Shown here piece after piece: positions 9,174 through 16,016 of a stretch of DNA of 42,680 nucleotides. The position numbers and the translations under genes were made by a program. Location of the stretch: the NCBI GenBank assembly GCA_017457385.1, contig JAFTHO010000098.1, positions 1 to 42,680 on the forward strand, written 5' to 3'. Within the stretch, counting starts at the first letter, position 1, and every line of letters begins with the position of its first letter. The notes under the pieces were generated by a model that saw only the letters and a program-made list of their open reading frames with translations, was not told where the DNA came from and searched no databases. This stretch comes from Clostridia bacterium (lineage in GTDB: Bacteria; Bacillota; Clostridia; Christensenellales; CAG-314).

Positions 9174-9797
9174 TTGATATATGTTGCATTGAGCATTATT
9201 GTGCTAATAGGATTTATTTTTATATTCTTTTTGCCTTTTTTGTTAGAAGATGTATCATATTCTGACAAAACAAACTTTTTCTGTCCGTCAGCTGAAGTTT
9301 TTACGGAAGAATATGCTTATGAGTACAATTTAATACTTGAAGAATTGTTACAAGATTGCAATATTGACTTTCAAAAAGAGCTGTCTACTGAAATAACTGA
9401 AACTGGAAATGGCGTTATCCGTATTAATCTTTTATCTCAACAGCATGAAATATCGATATTTTTTCTCAATACTTTCGATAGTGTGGCTCATATAAAAGTA
9501 GAATATGTTTTTTCTGGTAATTCAACAGACCTAACTGATTATAGCAAGCAAGCACAGATTGTAAATTTGACAAATGATTTTGTAAACAAAGTTGCTTATG
9601 ATGCCATTTTGGAAGCCAACGAGTTTGAAAAACTGTTTGGAATTGCACTTGACGATAAAGACAGATATGCCACAACTGACTTGCATTTTGATAGTGCTAT
9701 AGGCAATGTAGATTATTATGTAGCAATTAAGGATAACTTTGTCAGATACGAGTTCGAAGGTTTGTGCAAAAAAACTGATTTCATGGAACAATTTTAA
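9126..9797 (+). CDS. Hypothetical membrane-anchored protein (orphan; the only sizeable plus-strand CDS besides pnuC)
   Basis: 223-aa ORF with RBS GAGG and 7 nt before the ATG. It has an N-terminal TM anchor (ILIYVALSIIVLIGFIFIFFLPFLL) followed by an acidic soluble domain. I recognise no family. Confidence 0.6.
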   Translation: MKKTLKKIMKKTLKNILIYVALSIIVLIGFIFIFFLPFLLEDVSYSDKTNFFCPSAEVFTEEYAYEYNLILEELLQDCNIDFQKELSTEITETGNGVIRINLLSQQHEISIFFLNTFDSVAHIKVEYVFSGNSTDLTDYSKQAQIVNLTNDFVNKVAYDAILEANEFEKLFGIALDDKDRYATTDLHFDSAIGNVDYYVAIKDNFVRYEFEGLCKKTDFMEQF

Positions 9798-9824
9798 TTA
9801 TCTAATCAAAGAATTCATGACAAA

Positions 9825-9861
9825 CAAAAAAAAGAAGCACTCAAATGAGTGCTTCTTTTTT
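9825..9861. terminator. Bidirectional hairpin terminator after the orphan gene
   Basis: Stem aaagaagcactc/gagtgcttcttt (9831-9858) with loop aaat. An A-run lies upstream and a T-run downstream. Confidence 0.7.
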
Positions 9862-9962
9862 AATCAATTTCAAACAGGTCTTTGTTTTTCAAAAACTTTT
9901 CTGCAAGTTCGTCATATATACTAAAGTATCTTTTTTAATATGCAGACAATTGAGAAGGTCAA

Positions 9963-9991
9963 AACCCACCCCTTTTTGTTTTGGGTGGGTT
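9963..9991 (-). terminator. Probable terminator abutting the sigF stop codon
   Basis: aacccaccc (9963-9971) pairs with gggtgggtt (9983-9991). The U-run on the minus strand is short, so this call is weaker. Confidence 0.4.
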
Positions 9992-10715
9992 ATTCGTTAA
10001 AATATTTTCGCATTTTGTCGAGAATTTTGCTTTCAAGACGAGAAACCTGCACTTGAGATACTCCAAGATGCGTTGCAATTTCACTTTGGGTTTTGTCACG
10101 AAAATAGCGCAAAATTATTATCTTTTTTTCTCTTTCGGTCAGTTTGTCTATGATGGCATAAAGCATGATTTTGTCTATCATATCGTCAGTTTTGTCTTCT
10201 GCGCACATTTTGTCCAAAAGAGATTGAGATTTTTCGTCACTTTCGTCTGTTTTTTCATAAATAGAAATTGGGATTTGTGCAGACTCCATCGCAAAGACAA
10301 CTTCTTGTGGAGAAATTTCAAACTTTTTTGCAATCTGGTCAATTGTTGGCTCTGGCTGGTTTTGTTTTTTGCAGTTATCCACAAATGCCGATATTTTGGC
10401 AGAAAGTTGTTTTGTTGCGCGAGACACTTTTACAAATCCGTCGTCACGCAAAAACCTTTTCAGTTCGCCTGATATCATTGGCACTGCATAGGTAGAAAAC
10501 CTCACGTTAAAATTTGTGTCAAAGTTGTGTATTGCCTTTAAAAATCCAACGCATGCAATCTGGAACAAATCGTCATATTCTACGTTTTTGCCTGTATAAT
10601 GACGAATTATGCTTTTTAACAATGGTGCATTGTGCTCAAGCAACAGTTCTTTGGCGTGTTCGTCACCTGATTGTGCCTGTTTGATGAGATGCATTGTCTG
10701 GTTGTGGTCAAGCAT
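9990..10715 (-). CDS. sigF: RNA polymerase sporulation sigma factor F
   Basis: Sigma-70 regions 2-4 are present (DDLFQIACVGFLKAIHNFD, FSTYAVPMISGELKRFLRD, GVSQVQVSRLESKIL). The gene is third after spoIIAA-spoIIAB. Start set at ATG 10713-10715 (RBS AAGGGG plus 9 nt), overlapping the spoIIAB stop as ATGCTTGA. The track start at 10739 is a TTG. Confidence 0.9.
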   Translation of the reverse strand: MLDHNQTMHLIKQAQSGDEHAKELLLEHNAPLLKSIIRHYTGKNVEYDDLFQIACVGFLKAIHNFDTNFNVRFSTYAVPMISGELKRFLRDDGFVKVSRATKQLSAKISAFVDNCKKQNQPEPTIDQIAKKFEISPQEVVFAMESAQIPISIYEKTDESDEKSQSLLDKMCAEDKTDDMIDKIMLYAIIDKLTEREKKIIILRYFRDKTQSEIATHLGVSQVQVSRLESKILDKMRKYFNE

Positions 10716-11154
10716 CAACGTCTGCCCCTTTTTTGCCAAAATATTTTGTCATTTTTATTTTTGTGCCTTGTTGCGGTTTTGAAAACAGTTGTACCTCATC
10801 CATAAATGCCTGCATTACGGTAAAGCCCATGCCAGATCTTTCTTCGTCTGGTTTGGTTGTAAAAAACGGTTGCATTGCCTGTTCGGTATTTTCAATGCCA
10901 ACGCCAAAATCGCAAATTTCAATTTCAAGCCTGTCACAAAACAAGGTTGCATCAATTTGCACGTCTCCACTTTTGTTTTGATAGCCATGCACAACACAAT
11001 TTGTCACAGCCTCGCTCACTGCAGTTTTAAGGTCGTTTATTTCTTCCAGAGTGGGATTGATGCTCACGCAAAAAGCACCAACAACTCCTCTTGCAAAAGA
11101 TTCGTTGAGTGACAATGCAGGTATTTTAAGATGCATTTTGTTGATATAGTCCAT
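10708..11154 (-). CDS. spoIIAB: Anti-sigma F factor (serine protein kinase)
   Basis: 148-aa HATPase_c-type ORF (AVSEAVTNCVVHGY, DFGVGI, ERSGMGFTVM) lying between the spoIIAA and sigF homologues. Confidence 0.92.
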   Translation of the reverse strand: MDYINKMHLKIPALSLNESFARGVVGAFCVSINPTLEEINDLKTAVSEAVTNCVVHGYQNKSGDVQIDATLFCDRLEIEICDFGVGIENTEQAMQPFFTTKPDEERSGMGFTVMQAFMDEVQLFSKPQQGTKIKMTKYFGKKGADVDA

Positions 11155-11170
11155 TTGATATACTCCCTTG

Positions 11171-11479
11171 CTATTTTACTTTTGGCATGATTGTATACAA
11201 CCCCGCCATTTTAAAAATTTTGTCTGCCGGCTCTGAAACGTTTTTTACACACACCGGCACACCACGTGCCTTTAGCTTTTTGTATCGTCCTATCAAAACG
11301 CCAATGCCTGTGCTGTCCATAAAACTAAGGTTGCTCAAATCGAACACCACCGTCGTTATGCCAGGCTGACAAATTGCATCATCTATCTTTTGTCTTGCAT
11401 TGTCTGCAACGTATTCATCAAGCTCGCCACACAGATATATGGTCAAAGTGTGCCTGCCTGTAGAAAATTTGATATCCAT
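11171..11479 (-). CDS. spoIIAA: Anti-sigma F factor antagonist (STAS domain)
   Basis: STAS pattern GELD...LSNLSFMDSTGIGVLIGRYK, including the phosphorylatable Ser in DSTG. ATG 11477-11479 was chosen over the upstream TTG (11497); the start is uncertain by 6 codons. Confidence 0.88.
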   Translation of the reverse strand: MDIKFSTGRHTLTIYLCGELDEYVADNARQKIDDAICQPGITTVVFDLSNLSFMDSTGIGVLIGRYKKLKARGVPVCVKNVSEPADKIFKMAGLYTIMPKVK

Positions 11480-11535
11480 TTTCACCTCGCTTGGCAAATT
11501 TTAACTTTTTTTTAAAAAATTTTGCTGAAAACATT

Positions 11536-11542
11536 TGTCGAA
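11536..11542. promoter_or_regulatory. Perfect Spo0A-box heptamer (TGTCGAA) upstream of spoIIAA
   Basis: tgtcgaa at 11536-11542, about 55 nt upstream of the spoIIAA ATG. In Bacillus and Clostridium the spoIIA operon depends on Spo0A and sigmaH. I could not find a convincing sigmaH -10 (GAAT). Confidence 0.3.
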
Positions 11543-11648
11543 AATGAGTTTTTAATGTAGAATGTAATGGCGTTGGAAAATGGTATGACCAAATAGCAAC
11601 CGTCAAGAAAAAAAATTAAAAAATTTTTAAAAAAAGTTAGTTTTTTTA

Positions 11649-11677
11649 TTGACAAATGTTTAAAAATATCGTATTCT
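11649..11677 (+). promoter_or_regulatory. SigmaA-like promoter of the tRNA cluster
   Basis: TTGACA (11649-11654), a 17-nt spacer, then TATTCT (11672-11677), about 35 nt before the first tRNA. Confidence 0.5.
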
Positions 11678-11713
11678 AACTAGGCTATTGATTGAGATCA
11701 AGATGCGACACGT

Positions 11714-11790
11714 CGGGGTGTAGCGCAGTTTGGTAGCGCACGTGGTTTGGGACCATGGGGCCGGGAGTTCGAGTCTCTTCACCCCGACCA
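11714..11790 (+). tRNA. tRNA-Pro (anticodon UGG)
   Basis: Acceptor cggggtg/caccccg, anticodon loop tttggga, T-arm ggagttcgagtctc, encoded CCA. Confidence 0.9.
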
Positions 11791-11801
11791 CTTAAAATCT
11801 T

Positions 11802-11878
11802 GGGCCTTTAGCTCAGTTGGTCAGAGCGGTCGGCTCATAACCGATTGGTCCGGGGTTCAAGTCCCTGAAGGCCCACCA
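11802..11878 (+). tRNA. tRNA with CAU anticodon; probably tRNA-Ile2 (lysidine-modified) rather than elongator Met
   Basis: Acceptor gggcctt/aaggccc, anticodon loop ctcataa, encoded CCA. The 5' half GGGCCTTTAGCTCAGTTGGTCAGAGC resembles the Bacillus tRNA-Ile(CAU) as I recall it. The identity call is tentative. Confidence 0.85.
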
Positions 11879-11910
11879 TCTTTGATTTTTACAAAAGCAG
11901 CAAATATTAT

Positions 11911-11988
11911 GGCCCGGTAGTTCAGTCTGGTTAGAACGCTAGCCTGTCACGCTAGAGGTCGAGGGTTCGAGCCCCTTCCGGGTCGCCA
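11911..11988 (+). tRNA. tRNA-Asp (anticodon GUC)
   Basis: Acceptor ggcccgg/ccgggtc, anticodon loop cctgtcacg, T-arm gggttcgagcccc, encoded CCA. Confidence 0.9.
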
Positions 11989-11996
11989 ATATATTT

Positions 11997-12072
11997 GCCT
12001 CGGTAGCTCAGTCGGTAGAGCAGGAGACTGAAAATCTCCGTGTCGGTGGTTCAATTCCGCCCCGAGGCACCA
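11997..12072 (+). tRNA. tRNA-Phe (anticodon GAA)
   Basis: Acceptor gcctcgg/ccgaggc, anticodon loop actgaaaat, encoded CCA. Confidence 0.9.
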
Positions 12073-12108
12073 ATATATTTGGGTGTTAATTAAATAAAAA
12101 TTTTTTGT

Positions 12109-12185
12109 GCTGGTGTAGCTCAACTAGGCAGAGCAACTGACTTGTAATCAGTAGGTTGTTGGTTCGATTCCGATCACCAGCTCCA
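12109..12185 (+). tRNA. tRNA-Thr (anticodon UGU)
   Basis: Acceptor gctggtg/caccagc, anticodon stem actga/tcagt with loop cttgtaa, encoded CCA. Confidence 0.9.
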
Positions 12186-12194
12186 CTTTTTTTT

Positions 12195-12279
<85 letters not shown>

Positions 12280-12281
12280 AC

Positions 12282-12315
12282 AAAAAACCGTTGATTAACT
12301 TCAACGGTTTTTTTG
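12282..12315 (+). terminator. Rho-independent terminator of the tRNA cluster
   Basis: ccgttga (12288-12294) pairs with tcaacgg (12301-12307), followed by a 7-nt T-run. Confidence 0.8.
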
Positions 12316-12335
12316 TTTTATACACTTGCTTTTTG

Positions 12336-12364
12336 TTGACCAAAAGACTGTTTTAAAGTATCAT
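12336..12364 (+). promoter_or_regulatory. Candidate sigmaA promoter of pnuC
   Basis: TTGACC (12336-12341), a 17-nt spacer, then TATCAT (12359-12364). Confidence 0.35.
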
Positions 12365-12466
12365 TATAAAAAATATATCAACTGCCACCGGGTAGTACGA
12401 AAGCATTCGTAAGCATATCGTTAGGTCTTAGAAGATGTGCATATACGGATGCAATTTTTGTTTTTT

Positions 12467-13156
12467 ATGAAAGTTTTTAAAGAATTGACAAAGTTTGAAT
12501 GGTTTTTGTGGATATCTTCTCTCATCATTGTGAGTATATCTTGTCTTTTAGTGCCACAACAAAATATGGTTTCACTTTTTGCATGTCTGATTGGTGTGAC
12601 TGCAGTCATTTTTTGTGCAAAAGGTTTTGTTGTGGGTCAAGTGCTGATTGTGGTGTTTTCTGTCCTGTATGGCATTGTATCCTTTTGGTTTGCCTATTAT
12701 GGCGAGATGATAACCTATCTTGGCATCTCTACCCCTGTTGCAATTTGCGCCATCATTTCGTGGATAAAACACCCGTTTCAGGAGACAAAACAGGTAGAAA
12801 TAAGCAAAATGACGTCAAAACAATACGCTGTTGTGTCAGTTTTGACTGTTGTTTTAACAATTGCTTTTTATTTTATTTTAAAAGCTCTTGGCAATGCAAA
12901 CCTTGTTTTCAGTACAATATCCGTTGCAACAAGTTTTGTGGCTGGCTATCTCACTTTTATGCGAAGCCCTTTTTACGCCCTGGGTTATGCCTGCAACGAC
13001 GTGGTCTTGATTGTGCTTTGGGTGCTAGCAACCATAACAGACCCCGCAAATATGCCAATGATAGCCTGTTTTGTTGTGTTTTTGGCAAATGATCTGTATG
13101 GTTTTGTCAACTGGAAAAAAATGGAAAAAAGTCAAAAAGAAAAGGTCTCAAACTGA
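12467..13156 (+). CDS. pnuC: Nicotinamide riboside / NMN transporter, PnuC family
   Basis: Polytopic membrane ORF with an N-terminus MKVFKELTKFEWFLWISS typical of PnuC and the C-terminal motif FLANDLYGFVNW. The track start (12437) is a GTG. ATG 12467 fits family N-termini but has no obvious SD. Confidence 0.75.
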   Translation: MKVFKELTKFEWFLWISSLIIVSISCLLVPQQNMVSLFACLIGVTAVIFCAKGFVVGQVLIVVFSVLYGIVSFWFAYYGEMITYLGISTPVAICAIISWIKHPFQETKQVEISKMTSKQYAVVSVLTVVLTIAFYFILKALGNANLVFSTISVATSFVAGYLTFMRSPFYALGYACNDVVLIVLWVLATITDPANMPMIACFVVFLANDLYGFVNWKKMEKSQKEKVSN

Positions 13157-13162
13157 GACCTT
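13140..13162. repeat. Copy 1 of a 23-nt direct repeat (hairpin ggtctca-aac-tgagacc); includes the pnuC stop
   Basis: aaaaggtctcaaactgagacctt matches 13629-13651 at 22/23 positions. The perfect 7-bp palindromic stem is flanked by A/T runs and acts as a bidirectional terminator. Confidence 0.85.
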
Positions 13163-13163
13163 T

Positions 13164-13577
13164 TTATTCTTGATGGATATCCTGTCCTTCACCAAAATCA
13201 GCAAATTTTCCATTAACGAGCAACAAAACTCCTTTTTGACCAATTTTGAGAGTTTTAAACCACTCTTCTGAGAGAACAAACTCAAATATCTTTTTTTGAT
13301 CTGTTTCAAAAGTAACGATAAAATTTAGTATACTATTTGCCGTGTGGATGCCAGTTATATAATGATCAAACTTTTTGTCTTTTACGATAGCATCAAAAAA
13401 TTCAACAAGAGGTTCGGTTCGTGATTCTTCTTCAAGCTTCTTTTGGTATTCTTCTTGTGTGTATCCATCTTCGGTCAAATCTTTACCTTTTCGTGACCAA
13501 TAGATAACAAATACAGCAAAAGAAATGATTACAGCAAAGAAAAAAATGAATATAATAATTGATGTTATTGCATCCAT
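13164..13577 (-). CDS. DUF2500-like small membrane-anchored protein
   Basis: 137-aa ORF with RBS GGAGGTAGCAT before the ATG and an N-terminal TM segment (IIIFIFFFAVIISFAVFVIYW). The C-terminal beta-rich domain ending GVLLLVNGKFADFG resembles the YhhM/DUF2500 pattern as I recall it. Confidence 0.5.
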   Translation of the reverse strand: MDAITSIIIFIFFFAVIISFAVFVIYWSRKGKDLTEDGYTQEEYQKKLEEESRTEPLVEFFDAIVKDKKFDHYITGIHTANSILNFIVTFETDQKKIFEFVLSEEWFKTLKIGQKGVLLLVNGKFADFGEGQDIHQE

Positions 13578-13628
13578 ATGCTACCTCCATTTTTGTTATA
13601 TCATCATGCAAATAGTTGTAAATATTAT

Positions 13629-13651
13629 AAAAGGTATCAAACTGAGACCTT
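13629..13651. repeat. Copy 2 of the 23-nt direct repeat; abuts the ABC permease stop
   Basis: aaaaggtatcaaactgagacctt. One substitution weakens the stem. Confidence 0.85.
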
Positions 13652-14477
13652 AATTTTTTTTGTATTTTTTTCGGAAAGAAAATTTCAACACCACTACTGA
13701 CAAAAAAATCAAAACGACAATTATCAGCAACATTATCAAAATGCAGGCAAGCAAGGTGTGATCATAAAAATCACGCACCGTTGACGGAATTGATGGAAAA
13801 AGATGGTTTCGGTTGAAAACCTGTCCCAATGCACAAAGCCCCCATCTTGACACGCAAGCAACACTTATCACCTTGAGTGCCCCTTCCAGCGTGATGATGT
13901 TGCCAGACATTACTATTTGCATAATGAGTATGACCAGCACCGGCAAAATTGCACTGTCAGAGCTTTTGAGCACAGACGAGATAAAAATGCCTGTGACAGA
14001 AGATACCAAAAGCACAAGAAAAAGCACAAGCCAGTATAAAACCTCGGTAAAAACAGGAAATGGTGACGGAAAATCTATTATCAAGTAACTGCCAACGCAC
14101 ATTATAAGGCTTTGAACAAGGCAAATTGAGCCTAAAACAAAAACCTTTGACAAAACGTATGCAGTCATATCCAATCCTGCGTCATATTCACGCGAAAGCA
14201 CTGTGCGTTCTTTGCAAACCTCTCGATAAGAATTGAGCAAACCCATCATTGTGCACATAACCACTATGATAAACATTGCATTGTCTGCCATATACAATCT
14301 CGCTGGATTTGCAAAACACTCTTTTGGTATAATCAACGACAACACAATGAGCATCAAAGGTGCTTGCAACAAAAGCATTGTCGCACTGACCTTATCGCTG
14401 AAAATCAGCTGATAATATCTGCGGACACAAACCTTAAAATGTATTAAGTTTACGCTTGCTTTGTTTTTGTTTTTCAT
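13650..14477 (-). CDS. ABC transporter permease (ABC-2 / ABCG-like membrane domain)
   Basis: 275-aa ORF with about 6 hydrophobic segments, immediately downstream of the ATPase gene. The motif KERTVLSREYDAGL is typical of ABC-2 type permeases. Confidence 0.8.
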   Translation of the reverse strand: MKNKNKASVNLIHFKVCVRRYYQLIFSDKVSATMLLLQAPLMLIVLSLIIPKECFANPARLYMADNAMFIIVVMCTMMGLLNSYREVCKERTVLSREYDAGLDMTAYVLSKVFVLGSICLVQSLIMCVGSYLIIDFPSPFPVFTEVLYWLVLFLVLLVSSVTGIFISSVLKSSDSAILPVLVILIMQIVMSGNIITLEGALKVISVACVSRWGLCALGQVFNRNHLFPSIPSTVRDFYDHTLLACILIMLLIIVVLIFLSVVVLKFSFRKKYKKN

Positions 14478-14485
14478 ATTGCCCT

Positions 14486-15946
14486 TTATTTATAAATTTG
14501 CTTGAATTCTTCTGTCAAATCTCTGCAATAGTCTGTGTTGCGATATTTTTCGGCATATTGCAAAGTTGTCTGCTCATCTGTGAGTTTGTAAAATATGCGA
14601 AAATAGTCATGCGTTTTGAAATAGTTGAAAATTTTGTCAGGTGTGTCATAAAAACACAATCTTCCGCCTCTGCCCAAAAACGCAATTTTATCGCAAAGAC
14701 TTATGTTTTCCATCGAGTGAGTGATGATAACTATTGTTCGTCCTTTTTTGCTAAGTTCTTTCAACAAAGACATGATTTCATAGTCAAGGTCAGGACTCAA
14801 ACCGCTTGTCGGCTCGTCAAGAAAAATGATTTTTGGATTTGACAACAATTCCATTGCAATGCTCACGCGTTTTTTCTGTCCACCGCTCAGCATACAAATT
14901 TTGAGATGTTCTTTACCTTCCAGCTTTACTTCTTTTATAACTTTGCGTACAATTTCGTCAATTTCTTTTTTTGTTATGCCGTTTTTTATACGCATAGACG
15001 CCGTGTACCTGAGTGAATCGAACAATGGCAGATTTTCGTGAAGAATATCTCTTTGTGGAACGTAACCGATAACAGACTGATAGCAATACATATTTTGATA
15101 AAAATCGTTTGTATCATAATAAATTTTGCCACCTGTGCCAGGTCTGCGACCGTTTATACAGTCGACGAGAGTGCTTTTGCCAGCACCACTGCCCCCTACT
15201 ACACCAACGAAAGTTGCCGGATCGATACGCATCGATACCTTGTCAACCAACCTCACCATTTTGCCTCTATTTGCCCTGTCAGGCACGTCTTTTGATACGT
15301 CGAGCAAATCAACCTGAATGCCAGTTTGCGATTTGCTTGAGAGCAATTTTTTGTCCAGATAGACGTATGCCGCAGAAGGAACTTCTATTCTGTCACCATT
15401 GTGCAAAATTGTCTTTTTTATTTTTTTGTTGTTTACCAACGTTCCACTTTCTGTTTTTAAATCTTCTAAAAAGTGGTTTTCTCCGTCAAAAAATATGCGT
15501 GCATGTTTGCGTGCTGCCTGCGGATTGTCAAGCAGAATATCGCAATTTATATCACGACCGATAAAAAACTCGTTTTTGTTAACAAGACTGATTGTGCGAC
15601 GTTTGTCATTTGATTTTGCACCGGTTTTTATTTCTCTTACAACCTCTAAAATGACAAAATCATCTGTCTCTACGTTATCTTTAAAAGCAATAACGTCGCC
15701 AGGTGACAGTTTTTTTATCATTTTTGCCCTGAAAACACGGTTGTTAAAGAATACGTCACCTTCTGCACCGATGTTTTCTACAGTCCAGCCTTTGCCATCC
15801 AGTTTAAACCTGAGTTGTTCCTGGCTTATATTTTTGAGTTTTCCTACAATGTCACAAGTGCGTTTTCGTCCAAAAATACACTCCTTGCGATCTTCACTGC
15901 CAAAAAAACTATATCCACTTTTGTCAATAATTTTTAAATACAACAT
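14486..15946 (-). CDS. ABC transporter ATP-binding protein with two N-terminal FHA domains
   Basis: Two FHA-like modules are present: FGRKRTCDIV...GDVIAF and FFIGRDINCDILLDNPQAARKHARI...GTLVNNKKI...GDRIEV. They are followed by Walker A GGSGAGKST, the signature LSGGQKKR and Walker B IIFLDEPTSGL. Confidence 0.85.
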   Translation of the reverse strand: MLYLKIIDKSGYSFFGSEDRKECIFGRKRTCDIVGKLKNISQEQLRFKLDGKGWTVENIGAEGDVFFNNRVFRAKMIKKLSPGDVIAFKDNVETDDFVILEVVREIKTGAKSNDKRRTISLVNKNEFFIGRDINCDILLDNPQAARKHARIFFDGENHFLEDLKTESGTLVNNKKIKKTILHNGDRIEVPSAAYVYLDKKLLSSKSQTGIQVDLLDVSKDVPDRANRGKMVRLVDKVSMRIDPATFVGVVGGSGAGKSTLVDCINGRRPGTGGKIYYDTNDFYQNMYCYQSVIGYVPQRDILHENLPLFDSLRYTASMRIKNGITKKEIDEIVRKVIKEVKLEGKEHLKICMLSGGQKKRVSIAMELLSNPKIIFLDEPTSGLSPDLDYEIMSLLKELSKKGRTIVIITHSMENISLCDKIAFLGRGGRLCFYDTPDKIFNYFKTHDYFRIFYKLTDEQTTLQYAEKYRNTDYCRDLTEEFKQIYK

Positions 15947-15983
15947 TGATATAATTATAGCCTAAACAAGTTGATTTTTCAAT

Positions 15984-16011
15984 TAAAAAAACCTGCCATA
16001 CAGCAGGTTTT
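15984..16011 (-). terminator. Rho-independent terminator after mgtE
   Basis: aaacctgc (15989-15996) pairs with gcaggttt (16003-16010) with a 6-nt loop. A U-run follows on the minus strand. Confidence 0.7.
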
Positions 16012-16016
16012 TGTTT

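Noticed and set aside
9861-9930. Minus-strand reading frame ending ...SIYDELAEKFLKNKDLFEID-stop, which looks like the C-terminus of a protein
   Set aside because: The frame is closed by a TAA only about 22 codons upstream and has no start codon or RBS. At best it is an unidentifiable gene remnant.
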